Assembly: GCA_964187785.1 (NCBI GenBank)
Contig: OZ076409.1
Coordinates: forward strand, 87,918,001-87,982,000
Reading direction: 5' to 3'
DNA: 64,000 bases
Source of the DNA: Amphiscolops sp. MND2022
Taxonomy: Eukaryota
The notes below the pieces were generated by a model. That model was not told the DNA's origin. It did no database searches and saw only the letters and a program-made list of their open reading frames with translations. Position numbers and translations under genes: made by a program. Positions 25,644 to 37,372 of this stretch are shown here, piece by piece; the stretch's first letter is position 1; each line of letters starts with the position of its first letter.

Positions 25644-27640
25644 AATTATTCCTCAGAATTAGGGAGGATATCCCTACGACACCGATTGAACTACACGTCC
25701 AATCGGCCGGAGTCTCGGAAGAGGAACAAATCTTCTATACAGGAGATGATGACGAAACGGAAGAACAAATTTTACAACGCAAAGAGGACGTTAGGGATAA
25801 TCCAGTGAATCAATTACCTGACACTTCATTCGAAAAATTCACTACACACAAAAGTGATTACCACAAACTTTCTACACTCCAAAAACTTTCATATACGAAC
25901 TCCATAGCAGTAGAGCAAAACAACGATGTCATTCTACAGCAATTGCGCCTCAAAATATTGAAGGAAAGCTATTCGGAAACCAAACTAGTCCAAGATACGC
26001 GGTACCAACATTACTGTCGCCAAATGGACCGACTGTCCGTTATGGATGAAATTATTACCAGGCAGGATTTTGATGAAACTGGAGCTGTTAAATACAATCA
26101 AGTTCTTTTACCAAAACACCTAGTCCAAGAACTACTCGAATCTCTACATGGCAAAGCTAATAAACACCCTGGAATATCCAAGATGCTCATAGACATCCGC
26201 CAAAAATACTACTATCCTGGCATCGCAAAAATCGTCAAAAAATGGGTACAGGGATGTGAAACTTGTATTAAAGACAAAAGAATTCCAAACTCATCCATCA
26301 CACCGGAATTATTAAACTTGCCCGAATGGGACTTAGGACCAGAAGATGCAATGCAAATTGATCGGTTACCGAACCTGCCCCCCAGTGGTGGGCACGAAAA
26401 TATCATAACCGCAATGGACGTGTTTTCACGATATCTTTTTGCATATCCAGTCACTGATGCTTCGGCCACAAATACGGCTAAGGTTATTATAGACATAATG
26501 ACCAAACATACTTATTTGCTTACTACCTTGATCACGGACAAAGGGACGGCCTTCACGTCCAAATTAATAGCTGAAGTAGCCCAAATTCTAGGAATCCAAA
26601 TGAAATGCACAACTACAAAACATCCGCAAACAATCGGTAAATTGGAGCGTACTCACGCTAGTCTCAAAACGAATCTCAAGATGGCCTCAGGGGACTATAG
26701 GCGACAGTGGCACAAATTACAATTAGCCGTATTGAATTACAATACAACATATCACGCCACCCTGAGATGTGAACCATCCAGAATTTTCCACGAAGAATTC
26801 CATATAATAAACTGGATCACAAATTAGGCCTCAACCCAAACCCAAAGGTCCTTCCGACTACAGATTTCGCAGATGAATTTCAAAGACGCACCCAAATATT
26901 ACTAGATTCCACAAAGAAAAACATCATGCAATCCTATTTGAAATACAAGGAATATTATGACCGAAAAGCCAAAGCAGCTCCTTTGAGACAAAATGACTAC
27001 TGTTTCATATTACAACCTATTGCTGACCACCAAGGATCGAAAATTCCATTCCGCGAATACCGCTGGACCGGACCCTACATTGTAGAAAAGGTCTTACCGA
27101 ATGAAAACTACATAGTTAGAAAACTAAATTCATACAAAACGCAAATCCTACACTGCATTAGACTGCGCAAATACGAACCGAATACTGCCCTACAGGACAA
27201 CAGACCGGAAGGCAACTTGCAACCGGACGATGAAATTATTATTCCGCAAGATGACCTATACGTCATCACGTGGGAAACTAACTTTGGAGAATTTCCCGAT
27301 TCAACCGGAGAAACCATAAACCCTACGGGGCTCAATATCACAGACAACCCTAATGACATGACGGACAACGCCAGCCCCAGGCGAAATTTTCACCGATGTG
27401 GACCTTCGGTCCACCGGTCCACACCACAGTGACAATCCCGTACCGCGTGAAAAAACGCCGTCAGAAGGCACAAATGACTGGCTTGATGATCAACAATCAT
27501 CAGGCCGGAGCGATACTATCGTGCCCGAAGTATTAGATGATGGAAACGACATGATTGTAGAAAACGAAAGTCCTAGTGGAGGAAAATATAACCTTCGACC
27601 TAACCCAACCCCCAACTTCACTGAAGAATACAGATACTAG
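25644..27640 (+). pseudogene. pol: pol part 2: integrase (HHCC, D,D-E, GPY/F) with C-terminal tail
   Basis: LHGKANKHPG...CETC; MQID, ITDKG, GKLERTH; WTGPYIV; terminal KYNLRPNP. Frameshifts at ~26790 and ~27380. Confidence 0.95.
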
Positions 27641-27785
27641 TCAGATATTTAAATTACTGTCCCGCTTTTGGCAAGTAAATACAAGTATCTTCTTGGGACT
27701 TGTCTGACCGATAGACTAACAATACAACAAAGTAACCAAACAATAAGTAACAATACTAAAGGTATTTACAAAAAGAACAAATTAC

Positions 27786-27806
27786 AATTGTACATATAGT
27801 ACAATT
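27786..27806. terminator. Palindrome in the AT-rich gap between the convergent pol and antisense gene Z 3' ends
   Basis: AATTGTAC-atata-GTACAATT, overlapping the gene Z stop codon. Function is inferred only. Confidence 0.3.
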
Positions 27807-29086
27807 AATCCTTACTGCAACCAGCAACCAATCGGAATGCAGACTCCGACAGTTCTTCCTCACTCAGCAAGTGGCTATGCCGCTTGCCTGGTTTAGGGAT
27901 TTGGAAAGGCTGCATGGGAGCTTCTTCTTCAGGCGCGTTGACTTGTGGTCCAGATTCGTTGCTTGCTTCCTTGGGTTCCAAATTTTCCTTTATCTGGGCC
28001 CTCCCGAAATGATCAACGCTGTCCCAAGGGCTGTAGACGTCACTTAACCCAGCGTTACCGAAAGATTGCTTCAGTGGCAAGAACCGCGACACAGACGAGT
28101 CAGAGGTGAGGACATCTAGACCGTGACCGACTTAACCCAAAAAGGACTGTATTGCGGCAATAACATCAAACATGGAGCTGAGCGGGTCATCAGTTCGGTG
28201 GGACACAAATTTCACAGGAGTGAAGGACATCCTGGGCTCATCCAGGCACAAGCAACTTAAACGAAATATCCTCCGTAGATGAAGCCGAGCCGCAAGGGCC
28301 TCCTGGCCGGAGACAAACTCTATACCGTCCGCAATTAGGAGCTTTGGTTGTTGAATGTCGGGGTGTGAAGATCTGATGATTCAAGGAAAGATAAGTACTC
28401 CTCAGTGTAAACAGACTCCTCATCTGATTGAAACGCGCCCCGAAGACGAAAACTGGTGAACAATTGGTTAAAGCAATAGGACGCATTTTCCAGTGGGTCA
28501 ACAAGCATAACATCTAGGTCAAAGGAACTAAGCCCTTTGACAATGTCAGAAGTGAAGCGCGTTAGCCCTTGAGTACTTTTGAAGAGAAATATCATATAGC
28601 TCCTAGCGTTCCGCCCGAACTCTTCTTTACAATTGCCAGTGATAGTGTCCAGTGTCAATCCTTCGTTCTTCTTGTCGCACTTCTCAGCTTCGGCTTTGGC
28701 CTTACAGGCAGGGGCAAGTTTAGCGTCTGACTTGGACCGAGAAAGGAAGTCGGCAATGCTCAAAGCCTTAACGTCTGGAATCGAAAGACTGAGGATTTTG
28801 CGGTAGTCACTCTCAGGAGGAAGATTGGTAGACCTAATGCATCTACGACCCAGCTTGAAAAGAAAATGACACAGTTCTCTGAATACGTGGAACCCTCGGT
28901 CCCGTCTTTGCTTCAGGTTGGCGGCAAAGCTGTTGGTGTAATCTCTCACAAGACGGTAGAAAAGCTCCAGGCGCACCGGGAAGAAGTCGTCGTACACCAA
29001 CGCCCAGTCAAGATTCTGCGGCTATAACAACAGAAGACAGATGATTTACTAGCGGCCAATACAACCTCTCTTAACGATTCACGCAT
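27805..29086 (-). pseudogene. Antisense accessory gene Z (~410 aa, unknown function), one predicted short intron 29022-29065
   Basis: MRESLRE|PQNLDWALVYDDFFPVRLELF... joins in phase across a GT..AG intron. It continues through one frameshift (~28380) and one stop (~28132) into ORF 27805-28092. A TATA-like element lies at 29149-29160. Confidence 0.65.
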
Positions 29087-29202
29087 GTCTTATAACTACT
29101 GAGGTTTGCAGTTGGAATGACTAGTGAAGGACTAGAAGTCTTCCTGTCCCTATATAAAATATGCTGAACTAAGTTCTAGCCTTAGAAAGTATGATGGACT
29201 TA

Positions 29203-31594
29203 TTATACCCAACCTGTTTCCGGACTCCTTGCATGCCTTGTGACACTGAATGCTGCATTAAGTACGCAGTCACTCTGGGCCAGTGCTTCAACAATTCCTG
29301 ACACAGGGTAGGCAGTCCGTTCAGATCGAGCTGACAGGTCCTGATCGCCTACAAAGTAAAACCTATCAAAAGAAGCCCAGAAAGGAGGATGACACATAAT
29401 GAAAACGGACATTACTTTGGATAATTCAGGAGAAAGCATCACCCACTCCAGTTCCAGGCCCAGTCCAAGGGAGACTACCAGATGGTGTAGTACACCGAAG
29501 AAGTCGATATGCCCGAAATACTGGAGTTTTTCTTGTGCATCAAAGTTCTCAACTGAAGTTCCTCAAAGCGGGGCGGACTTTGAACAGCATACTGTCCGTA
29601 AGGACTGTCGTCCAGCAATTGCACAGTTTTAGAGGTACATCCAGTGACGCTAATAATCTCCGGGCCTCTGGATACAGCTCCCATCACACATGAGATTAAG
29701 GTGATCTCTGCTTGGGTCTGGCCATGTGTCCTCCCAGTCCTCTTCAGGAATACTCGGCAGATTTGATTCCCCATCCAGAACCTGACGAACACCAGTAGGA
29801 AAACCCCGTCATTGGCGAATTCTAGGGAGTACTCGTTATTCAAGACTATGTGGTTACCTACTTCGTTTAGGATTTCGAGAAACATGTGGTGAAACAGGAC
29901 CTGAAATACATACCAAGAATTAAGGTAACTAGATGTAAGGGATTCGACTCAAAGTCCAAAGCTCAAAATCCAACCCTTAAGGGATTTCAATAGTTAAGAC
30001 TTGGTATGGTCAGTAACGACACTAATTAAAAGAGGACTTACTGTGAGGCGCTCTTTGGTCCAATTGAAATCAGTAAACAGTGACTGGTGGTTGACGACGA
30101 CACCATTGTCTCTCCAGAAATTGCATAGGACATCAATGTCACCATAACTGGGTAGGAATCGTCCTAACACGGATATTTGGACGCGAGCGCGGTTCTCGGA
30201 TGAAGAAGACATGTGGTCAGCTCCGGCCATGTATTCATCATAAAAAGGGAGTTTTTCCCCAATGTCAATCAACTCCGCGTCTCGGAATTTTGGCAACTCG
30301 AGAGCCAACTGGAAAGGGGTAAGGAGTTTTCCGTCCCTACGTCGAACTTGGGGAATTCGGGCCTTTGTGCAAGGGTCAATCTTATAGAGGTACTCATACC
30401 TCCACCTTTGGTCCTTTCTTAAGTGCTTCTCGGTCGAGTGATACCTGGTGTCACTGTAGCCTTCGGACGATGAACTGCGGTTCCTACCAGCACTGATCAC
30501 GACTGAAGAGCCTCGTCTAGAGGACCCTTGTTTGGCAGCTTTAGTACTTCCTGATCGGGAGGCCAATGAGAGGCGGCTAGCCCGGTACACGAGGTTTTCG
30601 AGCATGTCATAGGATGCTCTAGCAGTCTCATCAGCTATCACTCGCATGACAGTCGAAATCTGGCTTTCTGTGAACGCAACAACTGGGTGACCCGGAGGAA
30701 AACGAAACCTTTCACTGGTCTCAAAGTGCTCTTTGATTAAAGCACGGCTTCTCCCTCCTAAGGGGACGTCCCTAGGTTCACCAGGGAGGTTGACGGGAGT
30801 TCCTACCTGGAGAGATCACTTGACCCTGGTAGGTTGCAATCAGGAACAGTTTTCAACGCATCTGCAAGAGTTGAACCGGCATTCTGCCCGGACTCAGAGT
30901 CAGAAACGCGACCGAAATCAGACTCACTTAGCTCTCCGATGGAAGGTGGGATCGTTACAGTGTTATCTTGTCCCTGAAGTTCACCCTGTTGGGTTTCCAT
31001 CGCCGACGGGCCAGGACAAAACGATTCAGTTCCGATTGAGGAGCCAGTAGCGGAGGGGGTAACCCGAGGGCGTTTGGGCAAGAATTCAGCCTGCGCAGGA
31101 TGCGTATTGTTCGGCTCAGGTACCGAAGGGTCTAGGAACACGACATTAAGGAGACCAGGGGATTCTGTCAGGTCAGGGGTTGGTCGCTCAGCACTCAAAG
31201 TAACTTCCATCGCCTCACTTATGCTCTCTCGCTGTAGCTGCACAGCCCCTTGGTCCATAGATTCAGCTTGTTGTACTGACTGTTCACTTGGAGTCACTAA
31301 GTTAGTTTCCATAGTAACAGCTTGGACGGAGTTATCTTCAGGTTCAGTAATTCCAGATTCTTGTGCCGGTTGGCCATTCTTTTCTTCGCCTAAATGGAAA
31401 GAAATAAATATGCGCGGTTCACTTCCTGAATACGAATCCATTTCACCGCATTTTAAAATCTTCCGGAAGTAAGTTAAAAACAATGTTCCAAAGTGAAAAC
31501 ATTTCACGATGGAGGAAGTAACTTAAGTCGAAGCAGAACCCTGATCAAGTTTATGCTAAGACAAAATAAAGAACCAACATGATGTCATCTCCAT
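29203..31594 (-). pseudogene. Antisense accessory gene Y (~700 aa, unknown function), predicted introns 31390-31578 and 29901-30041
   Basis: ORFs 30803-31507, 29994-30647, 29475-29885 and 29203-29442 chain together. The GTAAGT donor at 30041 and TATTTCAG acceptor at 29901 join ...KERLT|VLFHHMFLE in phase. The N-terminus is S/P/E-rich. Confidence 0.7.
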
Positions 31595-32646
31595 ATCGTA
31601 GAGGCAGAATTCGAATGCACAAATGTCTGTTGGTCCTTGGGATGAAGCTAGGACTCTTTGTCGAGCTGATATTGGACGTGAATTCCAAGTAAGAAGCTGT
31701 AGTCAATAGGACTGAAGGACGCGTGTAGATAAGACGATTGAAATTTCAATTTATAATCGGGTTCAAAGGTGAGAAGAAATTGTGTGAGCTTGTGCTAATA
31801 GCAACTGTGGGCAGTCAAAAGACTTGTAGGACACTGCATTCCAAACACAGATTATATATGTATACTATTTACGAACTTACTAAAATATTTCAGCTAGACT
31901 AAGCTGACTGGTACGACTAGCCGACTTGATACTTTCTTATGTTTTAATTCACACAACCAGTACAGGATGTCGTGGCTAAAATCATTTTTACCCAGCTTCA
32001 ACTACACCGATTAACCTTTGGTACAAACTTTTCATGTCTGTGACCTGCCAGTAGCATTCATGATATTGTACATTATTTTGCTATACGAGTTTATCACCAT
32101 ATTACCAGCTTTAGGGATTATTCAATTGCCCCCATATTTATTCATTTTATCACTTAAATTATTTAATTAGTCATCAAACGCATCTAATTGGTTAATTCAA
32201 TGGCTCTAGCCATTAGGACCGATGGCCTTCAACGATGCTAGTTACAGTCCTATCATTGGATGGCATCTTAGTTGAGGCCGCGTTGACCGGTGGTCTTTGA
32301 TGGTTTTATTATTTACCGATTAATAAAACAAGTCAGCACTTTCATTGGTAATTACTATATAACTAGCTGTTAAACAAACAAAATAACAGGTACTTAAGAA
32401 CTTATTAACAAGCCTCTACACTCATTGGTGTTGCTTACCTGCCTTTATCATTACTTAAAAGGTGAAGTTTGGGAATATTTGTGAAATTCGCGGCTATGTT
32501 TCCCCGCGAAATTACCTCCCGCGAAACCAAGGAAGACTCAGGGTCCGTTAGACTAGAGCAAACCATTCTACTCATTTTTAAAGACGAAAACAAGTTGATC
32601 CTACAAGATTGCTAAGAAAATCTTTCTTTCACGTTATCACAACTAA
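31595..32646. promoter_or_regulatory. Internal divergent promoter region between gene Y (-) and gene X (+)
   Basis: TATA-like elements at ~31852-31859 and ~32356-32362, several ATTGG/CCAAT boxes, clustered E2F-like CCCGCGAAA sites at 32487-32526; conserved in the duplicate (35496-36544). Confidence 0.5.
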
Positions 32647-33388
32647 ATGACACTACAGTTTGACGTGGAGGAGTTCATCCGACCCTTGGTCAGCGCCTTG
32701 TACGAGTCTTCTGACGAAGACATGGACGTTGATACGGCATCAACAACCGTGGTCAACCAAAGCCTGGACGAAGATAGCGTTATAGAAGTTATCGCATGCT
32801 ACCGGGAGTCGCCGATTTACCCTCCCCAGCTGGCTGCAGGACGAGCTATGCCTTTCGACTTCGCAGGTTGTGGAAACGGTCAGCCCTATCCGGAATATGG
32901 GACATCGGGGTCTTTTGGATCAACCTTTGACCCTTCGGATAGCTTGGTTGATTGGGTTGTTGGTAGCCCACCTTTGCAAACCTATGCCGAAGGAGACCCG
33001 AACCACCGTATGGCAAATTGTGGCCGAATAGACCCAATTCCCTATTCGCCGATGTCGCCTCCTTTAGTTGAACAAGGCCCGTCAGGTAGTCAACATCATG
33101 CCCAATGGCAAGCTGAACGAGATAACGAAAATACGTGGGTAACAAATCAACACATCACTGGGCTGGCAATAAGCGCTAGCAAACTTTGTGGAGAAGCAAG
33201 TTACGTCCAACACGGCGATTGTGCCGTGTGCGGAAAGACGTAGGAACGCTTTCGAAGCCGGAATGCGGGCGGCTTGTGTAATTCTAGTGCCAGGGGGAGT
33301 GTCGCAAGCTGCCGCTTGTGACGGAATCTTCTATCAGATACCAGGAAATAGCCCTACTAACCCTCCACCGGGAGTACTTCCTATCTAA
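32647..33388 (+). pseudogene. Accessory gene X, copy 1 (~86-bp frameshifting deletion at ~33236)
   Basis: Near-identical to the intact ORF 36545-37372 apart from the deletion. Confidence 0.8.
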
Positions 33389-34966
33389 CCCACAGTGGAC
33401 TGCGGGGACGAATGCCTACAAACAGTATATATATCATTGTTGAAATATAATTAATTTTATACTCATGAAAGACCTTAGGTCAAGTTGGCCACAATAAACT
33501 TTTGTGCTAGTTAAACGGACTGTTAATCATTTTCACCATACTTTTGATGTTTACTATCATCTGTGTTCGTAATACCAATTGGGAACTAGCAAGTTGCTGT
33601 AATGTTGCAAAATAAATGAGATATAATCACAATGAATTGATGTAATTTAATACTTGAATGTTTAATTGAAACGCACAAGTGAGCAAAGTACAGGAAACGA
33701 GTTCAAATGATCGTTTCCTGTAGCTTGCTGTACGCGGCGTCGTCCAATACATTGACCAATCACAGCGCTGTATTTATGTACATTTAGTGTAGACGCACGG
33801 ACCGGTGGTCCGCCTTATTATTGTTTGCTGTTGCCATTAAACTGCTGTGCTTAGTGCTGTAGACGCATGGACCAGTGGTCCGCTATAGTGCTTTTGATTT
33901 AAATTGGTACTTACAAATAGAATAAAGTGTTTAGACGTGATTTAGTTCCAATTTAGTGTTGTTTGTCAATACATTACCAGTCTATTTGACTGGATGTCAT
34001 GTAATATTTAAATTATCATGTATTTTACATAACACTCGAACATGCAATTACATACTTGTAATATCTTCATAAATAGACCCTGAGGCGAGGCCGCCTCACC
34101 TATTAGCCTGGCTTTGATGCTATTTTTAACCATAAAAGTAAAATGATGCAATATTGACGTCATCCCGTAGGTCTATTTCGGGAATGAATCATCTATTAAT
34201 AGTAATATGACAACCTAAATTGCTGGTGTCATGCAGTGCAAAGTATATATACCCGGGGCCTTCAGTCCAAGGGACAATAACTGATCTCGATACAACTTAC
34301 AATACACTCGCACCACTGATTTGTTATAATATTTTGTTTACGTTCTGTTGTTTGAAATAGTTTTCAATTGACTATTTGAAAATATCAGATTTCTCCATGC
34401 CTTCAACTAGGAAGCAGAAAGCCAAAGAAAGGCGTTCTAGGCAACTGGACATCATGTCCGATGTAGAAAATGTTGATATAATGCTTGGAAGTTATGATAG
34501 GGATGATGAAAGAGCAGAGCAAAGCGAAAGTGAACTTAATTTGGACTCAGGGTCCAATAGACTACACCAAAATCCAAACTTGGTAGGAGAAGACTTTAGG
34601 TCTTTACTCAATACTAATAGTAGAGAGAATAGCGAAGTCACTGTAGAGACCACCAGGTTGATCAATGAAGAAATTTCCAACCAAATGTCAAGGAGGTTGA
34701 ATGAAATTAAGTCTAGTTTAAATTCCCAAATACAAAACGCAATATCAGCTGTAATAGCTGATACTGTACTCCCTTCCATTCAAAATACACTGGAAATGCA
34801 GGGGAGAACGAATTTTGCTATGGTGGACCGAGAGTCCAACGGGCTACATCCTAGCCCGAAGGCAGGTAATTTCACCAAAGTGGACCGAAGGTCCAATGGG
34901 CTACAGTGGAACTCGGGAACAGAAAATCCGCTGAAAACGTGGGAAAATTGCCCCAAAATGTGTTCT
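33300..34966 (+). repeat. Middle LTR, lacking the last ~73 bp
   Basis: Preceded by PPT AGGGGGAG (33292-33299); joins through CT microhomology to sequence homologous to 31214 onward. Confidence 0.92.
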
Positions 34967-35495
34967 CACTAATGCTCTCTCGCTGAGCCGTCTCAGTGAC
35001 TTCAGCAAAATCTCTGGCCGCAGCTTCCTCCATTTGGCTCATTTTGCAGGTGATGTAGGTCCCACGACTCTCATTCGACCCACTGCTGTCAGTTGCAAAG
35101 AACCGAGAGATCAAAGACTGACTAGGAGACTGCTGTAGCTGCACAGCCCCTTGGTCCATAGATTCAGCTTGTTGTACTGACTGTTCACTTGGAGTCACTA
35201 AGTTAGTTTCCATAGTAACAGCTTGGACGGAGTTATCCTCAGGTTCAGTAATTCCAGATTCTTGTGCCGGTTGGCCATTCTTTTCTTCGCCTAAATGGAA
35301 AGAAATGAATTTGCGCGGTTCACTTCCTGAATACAAATCCATTTCACCGCACTTTAAAATCTTCCGGAAGTAAGTTAAAAACAATGTTTCAAAGTGAAAA
35401 CATTTCACGATGGAGGAAGTAACTTAAGTCGAAGCAGAACCCTGATCAAGTTTATGCTGAGACAAAATGAAGAACCAACCTGATGTCATCTCCAT
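34965..35495 (-). pseudogene. 5' fragment of antisense gene Y (duplicate; retains 150 bp deleted from copy 1)
   Basis: Homologous to 31214-31594, with an extra 50 codons bounded by GCTG microhomology (34982/35132). Confidence 0.75.
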
Positions 35496-36544
35496 ATCGT
35501 AGAGGCAGAATTCGAATGCACAAATGTCTGTTGGTCCTTGGGATGAAGCTAGGACTCTTTGTCGAGCTGATATTGGACGTGAATTCCAAGTAAGAAGCTG
35601 TAGTCAATAGGACTGAAGGACGCGTGTAGATAAGACGATTGAAATTTCAATTTATAATCGGGTTCAAAGGTGCGAAATTGTGTGAACTTGTGCTAACAGC
35701 AACTGTGGGCAGTCAAAAGACTTGTAGGACACTGCATTCCAAACACAGATTATATATGTACACTATTTACGAACTTACTAAAATATTTCAACTAGACTAA
35801 GCTGACTGGTACGACTAGCCGACTTGATACTTTCTTATGTTTTAATTCACACAACCAGTACAGGATGTCGTGGCTAAAATCATTTTTACCCAGCTTCAAC
35901 TACACCGATTAACCTTTGGTACAAACTTTTCATGTCTGTGGCCTGCCAGTAGCATTCATGATATTGTACATTATTTTGCTATGCGAGTTTATCACCATAT
36001 TACCAGCTTTAGGGATTATTCAATTGCCCCCATATTTTTTCATTTTATCACTTAAATTATTTAATTATTCATCAAACGCATCTAATTGGTTAATTCAATG
36101 GCTCTAGCCATTAGGACCGATGGCCTTCAACGATGCTAGTTACAGTCCTATCATTGGATGGCATCTTAGTTGAGGCCGCGTGGACCGGTGGTTTTTGATG
36201 GTTTTATTATTTACCGAATAATAAAACAAGTCAGCACTTTCATTGGTAATTACTATATAACTAGCTGTTAAACAAACAAAATAACAGGTACTTAAGAACT
36301 TATTAACAAGCCTCTACACTCATTGGTGTTGCTTACCTGCCTTTATCTTTACTTAAAAGGTAAAGTTTGGGAATATTTGTGAAATTCGCGGCTATGTTTC
36401 CCCGCGAAATTACCTCCCGCGAAACCAAGGAAGACTCAGGGTCCGTTAGACTAGAGCAAACCATTCTACTCATTTTTAAAGACGAAAACAAGTTGATCCT
36501 ACAAGATTGCTAAGAAAATCTTTCTTTCACGTTATCACAACTAA

Positions 36545-37372
36545 ATGACACTACAGTTTGACGTGGAGGAGTTCATCCGACCCTTGGTCAGCGCCTTGTA
36601 CGAGTCTTCTGACGAAGAAATGGACGTTGATACGGCATCAACAACCGTGGTCAACAAAAGCCTGGACGAAGATAGCGTTATAGAAGTTATCGCATGCTAC
36701 CGGGAGTCGCAGATTTACCCTCCCCAGCTGGCTGCAGGACGAGCTATGCCTTTCGACTTCACAGGTTGTGGAAACGGTCAGCCCTATCCGGAAAATGGGA
36801 CATCGGGGTCTATTGGATCAACCTTTGACCCTTCGGATAGCTTGGTTGATTGGGTTGTTGGTAGCCCACCTTTGCAAACCTATGCCGAAGGAGACCCGAA
36901 CCACCGTATGGCAAATTGTGGCCGAATAGACCCAATTCCCTATTCGCCGATGTCGCCTCCTTTAGTTGAACAAGGCCCGTCAGGTAGTCAACATCATGCC
37001 CAATGGACAGCTGAACGAGATAACGAAAATACGTGGGTAACAAATCAACACATCACTGGGCTGGCAATAAGCGCTAGCAAACTTTGTGGAGAAGCAAGTT
37101 ACGTCCAACACGGCGATTGTACCGTGTGCGGAAAATCCTATGCCATGATCCAAGAGGAAATGACATTAGGATATTTGGAGCAGACACACGAATCTGGAGA
37201 AACATATGCCCAGCGGATAAGAAGTAGGAACGCTTTCGAAGCCGGAATGCGGGCGGCTTGTGTAATTCTAGTGCCAGGGGGAGTGTCGCAAGCTGCCGCT
37301 TGTGACGGAATCTTCTATCAGATACCAGGAAATAGCCCTACTAACCCTCCACCGGGAGTACTTCCTATCTAA
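36545..37372 (+). CDS. Accessory gene X, intact 275-aa ORF of unknown function, reading through the PPT into U3
   Basis: Open ATG-to-stop frame; acidic N-terminus, PYSPMSPP, CTVC motif; last ~29 codons lie inside the LTR. Confidence 0.8.
   Translation: MTLQFDVEEFIRPLVSALYESSDEEMDVDTASTTVVNKSLDEDSVIEVIACYRESQIYPPQLAAGRAMPFDFTGCGNGQPYPENGTSGSIGSTFDPSDSLVDWVVGSPPLQTYAEGDPNHRMANCGRIDPIPYSPMSPPLVEQGPSGSQHHAQWTAERDNENTWVTNQHITGLAISASKLCGEASYVQHGDCTVCGKSYAMIQEEMTLGYLEQTHESGETYAQRIRSRNAFEAGMRAACVILVPGGVSQAAACDGIFYQIPGNSPTNPPPGVLPI

Noticed and set aside
27805..33388. env gene or tyrosine recombinase (DIRS) as the identity of the extra ORFs
   Set aside because: No signal peptide, fusion or TM pattern and no R-H-R-Y motif seen; the element has a DDE integrase and a TSD.
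36545..36720. Rb-binding LxCxE motif in protein X (VIACYRE)
   Set aside because: The spacing does not match LxCxE.
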